Of a stretch of DNA of 64,000 nt, positions 44,762-55,601 are shown piece by piece. Made by a program: the position numbers and the translations under genes. Where the stretch lies: the NCBI GenBank assembly GCA_964360965.1, contig CAYHYM010000004.1:660-64659 (forward strand). Direction: 5' to 3'. This stretch comes from an uncultured Gammaproteobacteria bacterium (GTDB lineage Bacteria; Patescibacteriota; Microgenomatia; Daviesbacterales; UBA10151). The notes beneath the pieces were generated by a model. It saw nothing but the letters and a program-made list of their open reading frames with translations, searched no databases and was not told the DNA's origin. Each line of letters opens with the position of its first letter. The stretch's first letter is position 1.

Positions 44762-46459
44762 TTACTGTGTTCCCACCAGATACACAGCTTGCCAGGGTTT
44801 GTAGTTAGATTTCCAGGTTTCTTTGATCATCACCTCCCCTCCTTTGGTGACAGTTCTGGTAAATGACACATCAGCCCCCCAGGCTGCAAAATCTATCTGT
44901 TTGACCTCACCTTTGGGCAGCTCGGGGTCATCCTGTCGCAACTCCGGTGGAGGCGGAGTCTGGTTGGTAATAATTGGTTTTGTTAAAGTGGCCACCCTGT
45001 TATCAGAGGTGCCATATAAATCAACATATAAACTGTTACCCACTGTATATGCTTGGATTAAAATATGGGATGGGGTGTCATTTTTAAACTTAAAATCAAC
45101 AGAGGGAGAAAAAACTGTGGCATCCAGTCCGGCAGGGAAACCCTGCTCATAATAACCCACTCTGTAGGCATGAGCTACTCTTTGGACCACTGGTAGTCCC
45201 GCATTTAAGACTGCTCTAAATAAAGTAGTTGAATCCTGACAAACTCCTCCTCCATCATCTAAAACAGTCCTGCCGGATTTAATCACATAGGCCTGTTTAT
45301 AACCTGACTGCGCCGAAATATCCCCAACTTTGTCGTTAAAAGAGAATGTTTCTCCTGGGGGGACTAAAATACCGTTGATGCGTGAGGCAGCCAGTCCAAT
45401 ATTATAGATTCTGTTGGGGATTGAACCTGTAAAATGAGAAATACCGCGACCAATTAGCTCTTTGATCCCCAAATCATTGACCTGTTGGGTTTGGATTTTA
45501 GGCTGGGTAATGGTAACTGGCAAGGTGATGGTTTTTGGTCTTTGGTTGTCCAAAGCCAGTATGATAAGTTGAGTTGTTTTTTCCATATCAACTCTTTTAC
45601 CTGCCTGGGCAGGTTTGAAAGCTGTTACCCGTGCTATTAATGGATCAAAATTAAACAGCGCCTCAATCACCGGTTGGTCAATTTTGGAAGCTACTGCAGT
45701 TGTTAAATATTTGGATAGCTTATTTTTATCTATTAACTGATTATTTTGTGTAAAATTCAAAAGAGGGATTAAAATTTTAGCATCAATCAACCAGCTATTG
45801 CCATCAAAGGTAAGTTTGATTGGTTCTTTGATAGCATCCTCCAGATATTTTTTGGCCAGTTCTGCCTCTTTATTGGTAATGTCTGGTTCAATTTGCCTGG
45901 TGGGAAGTGTGGCAGGCGAGTTCCCAAATAAAAGGTAATCCTCAAGGTAAATTAACAGTTGGTCTTTATCCAAAGCAAGACCTGTTCTGCCTGCTGTTAT
46001 TTTAATTAGGGCAGATGGGGTTGACTGCTCTATTGTAAGAGTGGCATCTTGGGGAGGTTGATATATGGTTTGAGCTAAGGCGTTAACTTGTTCGTTAAGA
46101 TCAATATCAATTTTGGGTTTAATGGTTCTTGGGGAAACTGTCAGTTTTATTTGATCGAATATTTTTTCTGCCCAGGTACCTGTATGGCCGATTAAAAAAG
46201 CCTCGTCTATGGCCTGAGAACTATTAATTTTGGCAGAGGCGGTTGACAGGTCAATGGTAAGGATCCTTTGCCGCAGTCTTTGGTGGAATTTTGCCTCAAT
46301 CAGTCTTTGAGATTGAGTTTTGGTCAGGAAAAAAAGATGACTATCCCCGACAAAAATTCCGGGAAAAAATTTATCGTAAAAAATAAACTGACAGCTGGTG
46401 AGAATAAGTATGATCAGGATAAAAAATAACACCAGCGGTCTTTTTGCCATTGAGCGCAT
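44762..46459 (-). CDS. VanW-family protein
   Basis: N-terminal TM helix; C-terminal DDGGGVCQDSTTLFRAVLNAGLPVVQR...HAYRV block characteristic of VanW. Confidence 0.7.
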   Translation of the reverse strand: MRSMAKRPLVLFFILIILILTSCQFIFYDKFFPGIFVGDSHLFFLTKTQSQRLIEAKFHQRLRQRILTIDLSTASAKINSSQAIDEAFLIGHTGTWAEKIFDQIKLTVSPRTIKPKIDIDLNEQVNALAQTIYQPPQDATLTIEQSTPSALIKITAGRTGLALDKDQLLIYLEDYLLFGNSPATLPTRQIEPDITNKEAELAKKYLEDAIKEPIKLTFDGNSWLIDAKILIPLLNFTQNNQLIDKNKLSKYLTTAVASKIDQPVIEALFNFDPLIARVTAFKPAQAGKRVDMEKTTQLIILALDNQRPKTITLPVTITQPKIQTQQVNDLGIKELIGRGISHFTGSIPNRIYNIGLAASRINGILVPPGETFSFNDKVGDISAQSGYKQAYVIKSGRTVLDDGGGVCQDSTTLFRAVLNAGLPVVQRVAHAYRVGYYEQGFPAGLDATVFSPSVDFKFKNDTPSHILIQAYTVGNSLYVDLYGTSDNRVATLTKPIITNQTPPPPELRQDDPELPKGEVKQIDFAAWGADVSFTRTVTKGGEVMIKETWKSNYKPWQAVYLVGTQ

Positions 46460-46520
46460 TTTACGTTAGTTCCAAGCTTTGGGCAAGTTATGAGATATAA
46501 TTGAAAGGTAGACCTGTGAA

Positions 46521-46615
46521 GAGCCCTTCGACAAGGCTTCGACGGTGAGTCTTTCGACCCTGAGCTCAAGACCGAAGGGCTCAGCCGAACCGCTCAGGGT
46601 AAACTCTGTCGAACC
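46521..46615. repeat. 95-nt GC-rich palindromic element (family 2 core) immediately upstream of the transporter gene start
   Basis: 10-bp terminal-ish inverted repeat gagcccttcg...cgaagggctc enclosing ccttcgac/ctcagg cores; ends at the ATG of the next gene. Confidence 0.75.
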
Positions 46616-47914
46616 ATGAAAAAAATTATTATTTTGGTTTTAGTTTTGGCCATTATTTTGGGAGTTTTAATATGGCGTTTTGGGCTGAGTAACAATTTAA
46701 AAAAAGTAGAGCCTGTTAATTTGACTTATTGGGGACTGTGGGAAGAAGAAAATTTGTTAAAACCTTTGATTTTAGAGTATCAAAAACAAAATCCCAATGT
46801 GACAATAAGTTATGTTCGGCAATCATCAATCAATTATAGAACCAGGGTTCAGGCTCAAATCAAAGAGGGGGTGGGGCCTGATATTTTTAGAATTCACAAC
46901 TCCTGGCTGGGCATGTTTTTAAAAGAGGACAGTTTGGCTCCTGCTTCTGATGTGTTTACTCTAGCTGATTATAAAAATACCTTTTATCCTGTGGCAGCTG
47001 ATTCTTTTATAACAGCTGATGCCATTTATGCAGCGCCCATGGAAGTTGATGGACTGGCCCTATTTTATAATGAAGACATGTTAAACGGGATCAACGGAAA
47101 ACCACCTGAGAATTGGCAAGAATTTATAGAGATAGCCTTCAAAATGACTGTCCGGGATGCATCAGGAATAAAGACAGCAGGCGCCAGTTTAGGAACAGCC
47201 TCAAATGTTGATCACTTCTCGGATATAATAGGGTTGCTACTTTTACAACAACCTGGTGTGGATTTAACAAATGTGGCAACCCTTCAAGTTGCGGAGGTTT
47301 TAAGATTTTATACAGGCTTTGTGACAGATCCAGGGAAAAAAACTTGGGATGTCAATTTGCCTTCCTCAACTCAGATGTTTATAGAAGGACGCTTAGGTTT
47401 TTATTTTGCACCTTCTTGGAGAGCACATGAGATAAGAGTGGCCAACCCCAATTTGAAATTTAAGGTGGCACCAGTTCCACAGCTGGCAGGCAGGACAGTT
47501 GCTTGGGCTTCTCTTTGGGGTGAGGCTGTATCCAAAACCAGTAAGAATAGGGAGGAAGCCTGGAAATTTGTCAAATATTTAACATCTGCTGAAGCTCAAA
47601 AACTTTTCTATACCGAGGTCTCAAAAGTAAGGTTTTTTGGGGAGCCTTATTCAAGGGTGGATTTGGCAGGGGAGATCTCGGAGGATCCTGTTGCAGGGGC
47701 TTTTGTGTCCCAGGGCCCGTATTATAAATTCTGGTATTTATCATCCAACACCTATGACAACGGAATAAATGATGAGATGATTAAATACTGGGAGGATGGC
47801 ATAAATGCCACCCTGGCTGGAACAGATCCACAGGTGGCCTTACAAACTGTGGAGAAAGGTGTAAAACAGGTGCTGGATAAATATACCAAAGCTGCTACTC
47901 CAAACACAAAATAA
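46616..47914 (+). CDS. ABC transporter extracellular solute-binding protein (family 1, sugar-type)
   Basis: N-terminal TM/signal anchor, size and overall pattern of SBP_bac_1 proteins. Confidence 0.6.
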   Translation: MKKIIILVLVLAIILGVLIWRFGLSNNLKKVEPVNLTYWGLWEEENLLKPLILEYQKQNPNVTISYVRQSSINYRTRVQAQIKEGVGPDIFRIHNSWLGMFLKEDSLAPASDVFTLADYKNTFYPVAADSFITADAIYAAPMEVDGLALFYNEDMLNGINGKPPENWQEFIEIAFKMTVRDASGIKTAGASLGTASNVDHFSDIIGLLLLQQPGVDLTNVATLQVAEVLRFYTGFVTDPGKKTWDVNLPSSTQMFIEGRLGFYFAPSWRAHEIRVANPNLKFKVAPVPQLAGRTVAWASLWGEAVSKTSKNREEAWKFVKYLTSAEAQKLFYTEVSKVRFFGEPYSRVDLAGEISEDPVAGAFVSQGPYYKFWYLSSNTYDNGINDEMIKYWEDGINATLAGTDPQVALQTVEKGVKQVLDKYTKAATPNTK

Positions 47915-47938
47915 TTTTTGTGTTAAAATACGCTTACT

Positions 47939-48247
47939 ATGCAAAAGAAGATTTTAAATTATAAGCAAAGCTTGAAATTCTCGCAGAGCTTAAATTATAG
48001 AATCATCATTGAACCGGAAAAAATGGGCAAAAAAATTGTCTATAATGCAGCTTGTCCTACACTGGGGGTATATGATTATGGTAACTCCATTGATGAGGTT
48101 TTAGAAAGCATTAAAGATGGTATTGAACTGGCAATTGAAGTGTTAAGAGATGAGGGTCAAGAGGTACCAGTTGATGATACAGAAAAGGGTGTAGTGGTGG
48201 CTACTCAAGTAGAGGCTCCTGATAATGCTAAGATAATGACTGCATGA
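47939..48247 (+). CDS. hicB: HicB-family antitoxin
   Basis: YNAACPTLGVYDYGNSIDEVLESIKDGIELAIE resembles the HicB/UPF0150 fold; directly upstream of hicA. Confidence 0.55.
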   Translation: MQKKILNYKQSLKFSQSLNYRIIIEPEKMGKKIVYNAACPTLGVYDYGNSIDEVLESIKDGIELAIEVLRDEGQEVPVDDTEKGVVVATQVEAPDNAKIMTA

Positions 48248-48468
48248 GCAAATTACCTCGCAATGTTAAACCACAGATATTAATTAAATTTCTAGTTAAG
48301 CTTGATTTCAAAGAAGGTAAGGGTAGGGGTAGTCATATCAGATTGACTCACCCCGATGATAGGTGGACTCAAGTGGCAGTGCATCCAGGTCCAGTACCAC
48401 CGGGAACTTTAAGAAAAATAATCAAACAAGCAGAAATTACAGAGGATCAATTGAAAGATTTAAAATGA
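48244..48468 (+). CDS. hicA: HicA-family mRNA interferase toxin
   Basis: [13 protein letters not shown]...VAVHPG...[13 protein letters not shown] matches the HicA/YcfA pattern. Confidence 0.6.
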   Translation: MSKLPRNVKPQILIKFLVKLDFKEGKGRGSHIRLTHPDDRWTQVAVHPGPVPPGTLRKIIKQAEITEDQLKDLK

Positions 48469-48845
48469 AAAATAATAAATTAACAGTGTTAATAAATAAA
48501 CCTGTTAGCGAAGTTTTCTCTTTTACCACAAATCCAAAAAATACTCCTAAATGGATAGATTCCATTGTCAGCGAAGAAACAAATGAATGGCCAGTTAAAG
48601 TAGGAAGTATTTATAAAAACCAAAATATAAATGATGATTGGTCAGAATATGTAGTCACAGAGTTTAAAGAAAATGAGATGTTCGTTTTTTCTAAAAAAGA
48701 TGGAAACTATCATGTTAGATATATTTTTAAACCAATTGCAGATGGGACAGAACTAGAATATTATGAATGGGTGGATAAGGGAGATTTGGAAGAACCATTT
48801 ACTCAAAATATTTTGCAAAAACTAAAAGAGGTAATAGAAAAATGA
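48465..48845 (+). CDS. SRPBCC (polyketide-cyclase/START-like) superfamily protein
   Basis: Start trimmed to the ATG overlapping the hicA stop (ATGA); beta-grip-like pattern. Confidence 0.4.
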   Translation: MKNNKLTVLINKPVSEVFSFTTNPKNTPKWIDSIVSEETNEWPVKVGSIYKNQNINDDWSEYVVTEFKENEMFVFSKKDGNYHVRYIFKPIADGTELEYYEWVDKGDLEEPFTQNILQKLKEVIEK

Positions 48846-49357
48846 AAGTAATTTTGTATATGGGGATTAGCCCAAATGGATATATTGCTAAAGAAGATGG
48901 GGATTCTGAGTGGACTTCAGAGGAAGATTTGCAAGGTTTTTATAAGCACAGTAAACAAGCAGGCAATATTATCATGGGTAGGCATACCTATGAAGCCGCT
49001 TCAAAGTATGGGTATTTTCCATTTCCGGATGCTGTCAATGTAGTGGTTACCCATCAACCCCTAGAAAATAAATGGGGGAATCAAGTAATGGTTACTGATA
49101 AATCTCCAAGAGAAGTTTTACAGATGTTGGAGGAGAAAGGTTTTAATGAAGCTTTTTTAGCTGGAGGAGGGAAATTAAATAGCTCTTTTATGAAGGAAGG
49201 CTTAATTGATGAAATATATTTTGATGTAGAACCAATTCTTTTTGGAAAAGGAATTCCAGTTTTTGCGCCAACAGATTTTGAATGTGATCTAGAGTTATTA
49301 GAGATAAATAAATTAAATAAAAATACAGTTCAGTTACATTACAAGGTTATAAAATGA
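48842..49357 (+). CDS. dihydrofolate reductase-like (RibD C-terminal domain family) protein
   Basis: [16 protein letters not shown]...[24 protein letters not shown] resembles the RibD_C/DHFR fold. Confidence 0.55.
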   Translation: MKVILYMGISPNGYIAKEDGDSEWTSEEDLQGFYKHSKQAGNIIMGRHTYEAASKYGYFPFPDAVNVVVTHQPLENKWGNQVMVTDKSPREVLQMLEEKGFNEAFLAGGGKLNSSFMKEGLIDEIYFDVEPILFGKGIPVFAPTDFECDLELLEINKLNKNTVQLHYKVIK

Positions 49358-49926
49358 AAAGAGTGCTCATCATTCATGGATGGGGTGGCAGGCCTGATGG
49401 AAATGATTGGTTACCATGGGCTAAAAAAGAATTAGAAGCTAAGGGATATGAAGTAATTTTGCCATCAATGCCAGATCCTGTTTATCCGAAAATTGAAACT
49501 TGGATCCCATTTCTGGCAAATTTAGTAGGTGATGTGCAGGACACAGATATTTTTATTGGTCATAGTATAGGTTGCCAGACAATTTTAAGATACTTAGAAA
49601 CTTTAAATAATGAACAAAAAGTAGATAAAGTTATTATGATAGCTCCCTGGGGAGTAAGTTTATCTGAGAAAGCTTATGAGGATGAAGAGGATAAAGAAAC
49701 TGCTAAACCTTGGCTTCAAACTTCCATCAACTGGGACAAAATAAAAACAAAAGCTAGAGGGTTTATAGCAATCTTCTCTGATGATGATCCTCTTGTGCCA
49801 CTAGAAGAAAACAGCAAGCTTTTTAGAGAAAAACTAGAGGCAAAAATTATTGTGGAACACAATCAAGGTCATTTTAGCGGAGATGATGGGATACAGAGTT
49901 TGCCAGTTCTACTTAAGCTTTTCTAA
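49354..49926 (+). CDS. RBBP9/YdeN-family alpha/beta serine hydrolase
   Basis: VLIIHGWGG...GHSIGC nucleophile elbow and overall size of the YdeN family. Confidence 0.55.
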   Translation: MKRVLIIHGWGGRPDGNDWLPWAKKELEAKGYEVILPSMPDPVYPKIETWIPFLANLVGDVQDTDIFIGHSIGCQTILRYLETLNNEQKVDKVIMIAPWGVSLSEKAYEDEEDKETAKPWLQTSINWDKIKTKARGFIAIFSDDDPLVPLEENSKLFREKLEAKIIVEHNQGHFSGDDGIQSLPVLLKLF

Positions 49927-49960
49927 TAAAACTTGACTTTTTGTTGTATAATTCTTTCTT

Positions 49961-50524
49961 ATGTCTGAAAGGCCAGAGGTAGTTTTATCAACAAAAATTG
50001 AAGGTTTAAAATTTGCCTGCTGGAGGCAGTTACCGCTTGATGCTCAGACCAGATTTTATCCTGGGATCAAACTTTTTCCCAATCCCTCGGATGCTTTATA
50101 TAAAGTAGCCGGCGCTTTTGCAATTTTAAAAACACTTACTCCACCCCTGAGCGGAACAGTTGTGGCGCATGTTGGGTTTGATATTACAGAGGAATCATTT
50201 GTTATTACCAATTCTCCCCAGGGATGCTCAAGAAATTATTTAGAAGGTTATCCTGATGATTTAAAAACAGCAGTTTTAACAGAGTTAAGAAATGGTTTTA
50301 GAGAGGAATTGTTGGGAGCTGTTTTAAAAATAGCCTCTGTTTTTAAAAATACGGGTATCAGACAAGTTAAGGGTATATCTGCTCACAATGATGAAAGAGT
50401 TGATATAAATGGCGGAGTAATGCCTTATCATCAAGCCCTCAGGTCAATGGATGAGCTTTATCGAAAGTGTGGATTTGATCAAGATATTTATGGTGATTTT
50501 GTCTTGTCCTTAATCAGTCCTTGA
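49961..50524 (+). CDS. hypothetical protein
   Basis: ORF only. Confidence 0.3.
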   Translation: MSERPEVVLSTKIEGLKFACWRQLPLDAQTRFYPGIKLFPNPSDALYKVAGAFAILKTLTPPLSGTVVAHVGFDITEESFVITNSPQGCSRNYLEGYPDDLKTAVLTELRNGFREELLGAVLKIASVFKNTGIRQVKGISAHNDERVDINGGVMPYHQALRSMDELYRKCGFDQDIYGDFVLSLISP

Positions 50525-50576
50525 CAAGTAGTGCTAGTTTCTGGTATATATATGAACCAGTTTCCTGCCTTCTTGA

Positions 50577-50927
50577 TTGCATATGCCAAAAGTAAAAAAA
50601 GCAAAAACTGCAAAATTAAAAATTAACCCTTCGACTTCGCTCAGGGTGAAGCCCTTAATGGGTTATGTGTTAGTGCAACCTGGTGAGGCTGAAACTACTA
50701 CTTCCTCAGGTATTATCCTTCCAGAATCAGCTCAAGAAAAACCGGCTCAAGGAATGGTTGTAGCTTGTGGTGAGGATATGGTTTTGGAGGGTGGCAAAGT
50801 TATAAAGTGTCCGGTAAAAGTAGGAGATAAAGTAGTTTATAAAAAATGGGGCGGGGATGAGATAAAAATAGATGGGGTAGAATATAAATTAGTCAAATTC
50901 GATGATCTAATGGCAATATTGGAGTAA
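50577..50927 (+). CDS. groES: co-chaperonin GroES with N-terminal extension containing a repeat element
   Basis: RVKPLMGYVLVQP...TSSGIILPESAQEKPAQGMVVACGE GroES blocks; the 5' end contains cccttcgacttcgctcagggtgaagccc (50627..50654). Confidence 0.75.
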   Translation: MHMPKVKKAKTAKLKINPSTSLRVKPLMGYVLVQPGEAETTTSSGIILPESAQEKPAQGMVVACGEDMVLEGGKVIKCPVKVGDKVVYKKWGGDEIKIDGVEYKLVKFDDLMAILE

Positions 50928-50931
50928 AAAT

Positions 50932-51306
50932 ATGAGGGAAAAACTGATAGGAGATATAAATAGATTAGCTAATTTGGGATCAGTTATAACCAGAGGCTTA
51001 GATAGAGGAGTTAGTAGGCTCATAAAAGGTCTACCAATCAAGAGAGAAAATTCGACTGTAGAATCATTTGATAGTATTAGTGATTATAGTTTGAGTTTTT
51101 TAAGATGGGGAGGGCAAATGGCAAGAGATGACGTTTTCCTAAGAGCATTGGGTGGTGTTACGCTAATTGGAATTGGTATGGTAACTGATAGGATGATTAC
51201 AGGCGTTGGAATTTACATAACATTAAAAAATGCTAAAGCATTTCACGATTTAAGTAGAGACATAAAAAGAATAGGAAATGCAGAATCAGCAAGAGGAATC
51301 GTCTAA
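50932..51306 (+). CDS. hypothetical protein inserted between groES and groEL
   Basis: 124-aa ORF tightly packed (4-nt and 13-nt spacers) inside the otherwise conserved groES-groEL pair. Confidence 0.35.
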   Translation: MREKLIGDINRLANLGSVITRGLDRGVSRLIKGLPIKRENSTVESFDSISDYSLSFLRWGGQMARDDVFLRALGGVTLIGIGMVTDRMITGVGIYITLKNAKAFHDLSRDIKRIGNAESARGIV

Positions 51307-51319
51307 AAGGAATTAATAT

Positions 51320-52963
51320 ATGGCAAAGATGTTGAAATTTAACCAAGAAGCTCGTGAGAAATTATTAAAGGGTATTAATATCCTGACAGAGGCTGTGGCT
51401 ACCACTTTGGGGCCTAAGGGCAGAAATGTGGCTTTGGATAAGAAGTGGGGAGCACCAGCTGTTGTTCATGATGGAGTAACTGTGGCCAAAGAGATAGATT
51501 TGGAAGACCCGTTTGAAAACATGGGGGCACAACTTATTAAAGAAGCAGCCTCAAAGACCAATGATGTGGCAGGAGACGGAACAACAACAGCCACCATTTT
51601 GGCCCAAGCAATGGTTTCAGAGGGCTTAAAAAATATTCAGGCCGGAGCCAATCCCATGATTTTAAAACATGGCATGGAAAAGGCTGTGACAGCTTTGGTT
51701 GAAGAGCTCAAAAAGATGAGCAAAAAAGTAACTACTCAGGAAGAAATTGCTCAAGTGGCCACCATTGCCGCGGCAGATGTACAGATTGGCAATCTAATTG
51801 CCGAAGCCTTGCAAAAAGTGGGAAAAGACGGGGTGGTTACAGTTGAGGAAGGTAAAACTATGGAGATGGCTGTTGATTATAAAAAAGGGATGGAGTTTGA
51901 TAAAGGTTTTGTTTCACCTTATTTTATAACTGATACGGATAAAATGGAGGCAAGTAATGATGGGGAACCATATATTCTAATTACTGATAAGAAAATTTCT
52001 TCTGCCGCTGATCTTGTTCCATTTTTAGAAAAATTCGTACAGTACTCTAAAGATTTAGTAATAATTGCAGACGAAGTTGAAGGAGAAGCGCTGGCTTTAT
52101 TAGTAGTAAATAAACTTCGCGGTACCTTCAATATTTTTGCAGTTAAGGCTCCAGGCTTTGGTGATCGCAGGAAAGAGATGTTGGAAGATATAGCAATTTT
52201 GACAGGTGGTACTGTTATTTCTGAAGACACAGGGAAAAAATTTGAATCAGTTGAAAAAGAGGATTTAGGAAGAGCTGGAAGGGTAACATCAGATAAAGAC
52301 AACACTTTAATTGTTGATGGTAAGGGCGTCAAAGCCAGGATTGAAGGAAGAATTGCTCAAATAAGAAGGGAGCTGGAAACTTCAGATTCAGAATTTGACA
52401 AGGAAAAGCTACAAGAAAGATTGGCCAAATTAACAGGTGGAGTGGCTGTAGTTAATGTTGGAGCTGCCACAGAAATAGAACTGAAAGAGAAAAAAGAAAG
52501 GGTAATTGATGCAGTGGCAGCCACCAAAGCAGCAATTGAGGAAGGAATTGTTCCTGGTGGAGAGGTAGCTTTAATTAGAGCAGCTAAAGTTTTGGACAGT
52601 GTGATTGCTGATGGGGACTCTTCGACAGGTTCAGGGCAAGAGGAAAAAGTTGGTGTAGAGATTGTCAAAAAAGCCCTGGAACAACCATTTAGGCAGTTGG
52701 TTAAAAATGCGGGAATGGATGAGGGTGTTGCCTTAGCAAAAGTTTTGGATTCGCAAGGCAATATGGGTATTGATGCTTTAGATGGTAACCTGAAAGATTT
52801 AGTTAAGGCAGGAATTATTGACCCGGTCAAAGTGACCAGATCAGCTCTTCAGAATGCAGTATCCGTAGCTATTATGGTAATGACGACCCACGTTCTAATT
52901 TCTGACAAGCCTGAACCCCCAGCACCTCCCCCAATGCCCCCGGGCGGAAGGCCTGAGTACTAA
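51320..52963 (+). CDS. groL: chaperonin GroEL
   Basis: [12 protein letters not shown]..., [10 protein letters not shown], and a C-terminal GGM-like tail; unmistakable. Confidence 0.93.
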   Translation: MAKMLKFNQEAREKLLKGINILTEAVATTLGPKGRNVALDKKWGAPAVVHDGVTVAKEIDLEDPFENMGAQLIKEAASKTNDVAGDGTTTATILAQAMVSEGLKNIQAGANPMILKHGMEKAVTALVEELKKMSKKVTTQEEIAQVATIAAADVQIGNLIAEALQKVGKDGVVTVEEGKTMEMAVDYKKGMEFDKGFVSPYFITDTDKMEASNDGEPYILITDKKISSAADLVPFLEKFVQYSKDLVIIADEVEGEALALLVVNKLRGTFNIFAVKAPGFGDRRKEMLEDIAILTGGTVISEDTGKKFESVEKEDLGRAGRVTSDKDNTLIVDGKGVKARIEGRIAQIRRELETSDSEFDKEKLQERLAKLTGGVAVVNVGAATEIELKEKKERVIDAVAATKAAIEEGIVPGGEVALIRAAKVLDSVIADGDSSTGSGQEEKVGVEIVKKALEQPFRQLVKNAGMDEGVALAKVLDSQGNMGIDALDGNLKDLVKAGIIDPVKVTRSALQNAVSVAIMVMTTHVLISDKPEPPAPPPMPPGGRPEY

Positions 52964-53013
52964 AGCGCCTTTACTTCTGAATTACGATATAAAATTAAGT
53001 TAAAATAAATCAT

Positions 53014-53313
53014 ATGAGTGTTTACTTTGATTTTCCTACTGGTTGGTGGGTAATTATTCTTTTTATTTACGGATTATATCTTTACCTTTTCTTGCAAAGA
53101 AAAAGTTATCAGAGAAAAGGAGAGATTAGAAATCAGCTAATATTTGCTACAATAATACTGATTATTTCTTTTACCATAGAGGTTATAGCTGTAAATCTTA
53201 ATGTCTGGACATACTTTCCAGGAAATTGGCCAATTATTTTATGGGTGGGATATTTTGGTTCAGGACTTTTGGGTTATCAGCTAGTTAAAAAGATTGAGGA
53301 ACTGTTATCATAA
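53014..53313 (+). CDS. small membrane protein
   Basis: Three hydrophobic helices. Confidence 0.3.
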   Translation: MSVYFDFPTGWWVIILFIYGLYLYLFLQRKSYQRKGEIRNQLIFATIILIISFTIEVIAVNLNVWTYFPGNWPIILWVGYFGSGLLGYQLVKKIEELLS

Positions 53314-53367
53314 AAATACGACGACCGTCGCAAAAATGTTTGAGTCAATATTTATGTTAAACTTTAT

Positions 53368-53961
53368 TTGATGGTTAAGTTTCACTACAGGGAATCACCT
53401 TCTCCCGGGCAAAGACAAGCTTTTGCCCCATATTTATCTGAGGATGAGGAGCTAATTTTGGCAACCGGTTTTTCCAGAGCATACATCCGTTCCAAGTTTA
53501 TCATATACCTGATGTTTCCGGGACTGTTATTTCTAGGGATGGGATTAGGAGTGGGTTGGCTTCTGGGACTGACTAAGGTCTGGGCTGCTATTTTGGCAGT
53601 AGGACTGATGATTTTATCAGCCATCTTAAAAACAATGCACATTTTTCATGCCAATAGGTATTTATTAACAACAAAACGGGCCATGATCAAACACGGACTT
53701 TTCTCAGTTAAACTGACAGCCGCCGTTTATGATAAGATTACCCACCTGGAAGTTGATCAGTCTTTTATAGACAGATTATTTTTCCATCATGGGCATATTA
53801 TTGTCAATACAGCAGGCTTAAATAAAGGCGACATTAAGCTGGAGTATGTGGACTATCCAATGGAGCTTAAAAACTTACTGGAAAGGCTGATTAACAGGGA
53901 AAGAGAACAATATGGGTTACGAGGTGGGGTAACTACCACTATAGAGGGAGAGATAATCTAG
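53368..53961 (+). CDS. membrane-flanked bacterial PH (bPH_2/YdbS-like) domain protein
   Basis: Two TM helices followed by TTKRAMIKHGLF...QSFIDRLFFHHGHIIVNTAG. Confidence 0.5.
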   Translation: MMVKFHYRESPSPGQRQAFAPYLSEDEELILATGFSRAYIRSKFIIYLMFPGLLFLGMGLGVGWLLGLTKVWAAILAVGLMILSAILKTMHIFHANRYLLTTKRAMIKHGLFSVKLTAAVYDKITHLEVDQSFIDRLFFHHGHIIVNTAGLNKGDIKLEYVDYPMELKNLLERLINREREQYGLRGGVTTTIEGEII

Positions 53962-54680
53962 TCAAAATCGGGGATTAAAGTCTTTTTTAAATCAGTCTTC
54001 TTGGGTTTGCTTCCACCCACTGGTTTAAAGTCCTCTTCTCTGGGGAAATTAGGAATTTGGGGTAAGATGGTCTGAGGATCAATATATTCTCCATTGAAAG
54101 TAACCTCCAGATGGGTATGAGGACCGGAAGTGGCGCCTGTTAATCCCACCTCGCCTATGATATTTGACGGACTAACCTGCTGTCCTCCTTTGACAAATAC
54201 TCTTCCCATATGGCCATAAGTTGATTTAAAACCAGATGAGTGGGAGATCACTACATGATTTCCCAATCCCCAAAAAGAAAAATTAACTTCCTCAACTACA
54301 CCTGAGGTGATGGGATAAATTGGCATGCCCAATCCTGCCGCAATGTCCACTGCCTTATGAAAGCTGGAAAATCGAGTAGATAGATATCCCGGGTGAGGAA
54401 GATTGATTGGTTGAGGCAGATTCTCAGCTGTAATTTGTTGCTGTTGTTCATCTGCTGAAACTATCACCTTCTTGACAGGAGGAAAGGTAAAAGCTGGCTG
54501 ATATCCCATCAGAGTTAGGATCAATGTTACTACCAGTGTTATTTTTTTAAGCCGCTGAAAATCCTTCTCCCGCAGTTGGCGTAAAAGGATAAGCCTTGGC
54601 TTGATGTTGGCAAAAACAAAGTTTAGGGCGTCCCGTTCTTGGCTTTTGTTAGGCAGCAGGCTTTTGTCTTTTCTTTTCAA
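53958..54680 (-). CDS. M23-family peptidoglycan endopeptidase
   Basis: HKAVDIA (HxxxD) and GPHTHLEV (HxH) zinc-binding motifs. Confidence 0.7.
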   Translation of the reverse strand: MKRKDKSLLPNKSQERDALNFVFANIKPRLILLRQLREKDFQRLKKITLVVTLILTLMGYQPAFTFPPVKKVIVSADEQQQQITAENLPQPINLPHPGYLSTRFSSFHKAVDIAAGLGMPIYPITSGVVEEVNFSFWGLGNHVVISHSSGFKSTYGHMGRVFVKGGQQVSPSNIIGEVGLTGATSGPHTHLEVTFNGEYIDPQTILPQIPNFPREEDFKPVGGSKPKKTDLKKTLIPDFD

Positions 54681-54783
54681 AGAAATCTAAGCCTATATGC
54701 TTAGAATAGCTTATTATTCTAGCACAAGGTATAATAAAAGTCAACCCTAAATGCATAAATAATCTTATGAAAAAATTGAAAAA

Positions 54784-55587
54784 ATGAAAAAAGCAATATT
54801 CATAAGCTTTATTTTTATAAGTCTGGCAATTATTTTTGTTCAGGTTGCCACAGTTACTCTTGGCTCAATTTTGGATTTTAAGCAAAAAGCAGGACTTAAA
54901 ATCTTATCACAGCCAAATTCCGCGCAAGTTTTTATTGATAATGTTGAGGAGGGAAAAACGCCTTTTGAGAACGGGAATCTTTCTCCCAAAGAATACCTGG
55001 TGAAAATTAAAGGAGAGGACTCTTTTTGGCAGGGCAGGGTTAAATTAACCGCAGGAACGCTAACTTATGTCAACCGCGAGCTATCAAAAGATAACATCCT
55101 ATCCTCCGGTGAGATATTAACTTTAACAAAGGGTGAGGGTGTGGTGGTAATTTCTACTCCTTCAGGGGCGGATGTTGAGATAGATGGGAAATTGACAGGC
55201 CAAACCCCGCTCTCTATTGATGTTTTAGATGGAGAACACATGTTTAATATCTCTCACCCGGGTTATTTAAGCAGGAGTTTTAAGGCATATCTTCCGCAAA
55301 ATTACAGCCTGACACTTAATGTAGATTTGGCTCTTTCAGAGACAGATTTAACCAGTATTGTTATTCCGTCAGTTAAAGAGACTGAAGAGGTGGTGGTTAA
55401 AAAAACCCCCACCGGTTTCCTGCGAGTGAGGGATCAACCTTCAATTTCGGGAAAAGAAATAGCCAGAGTCCTGCCGGGGGATACGCTGATACTTTTGGGA
55501 GAAGATAGTCAGTGGGATAGAATAAGGCTTAAAAGTGGAGAGGAAGGATATGTTTCCAAAATTTATGTGGAGAAAAAAGCTCAGTAA
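54784..55587 (+). CDS. PEGA-domain protein with C-terminal bacterial SH3 domain
   Basis: Two PEGA-like repeats (ILSQPNSAQVFIDNVEEGKTPF, VISTPSGADVEIDGKLTGQTPL) and a C-terminal SH3_3-like segment. Confidence 0.55.
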   Translation: MKKAIFISFIFISLAIIFVQVATVTLGSILDFKQKAGLKILSQPNSAQVFIDNVEEGKTPFENGNLSPKEYLVKIKGEDSFWQGRVKLTAGTLTYVNRELSKDNILSSGEILTLTKGEGVVVISTPSGADVEIDGKLTGQTPLSIDVLDGEHMFNISHPGYLSRSFKAYLPQNYSLTLNVDLALSETDLTSIVIPSVKETEEVVVKKTPTGFLRVRDQPSISGKEIARVLPGDTLILLGEDSQWDRIRLKSGEEGYVSKIYVEKKAQ

Positions 55588-55601
55588 TGTCATTCTGTTT
55601 G

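Noticed and set aside
48363-48464. 5' extension of the SRPBCC ORF running through hicA in another frame
   Set aside because: Overlaps a well-supported hicA; an ATG overlapping the hicA stop (ATGA) gives a cleaner start.
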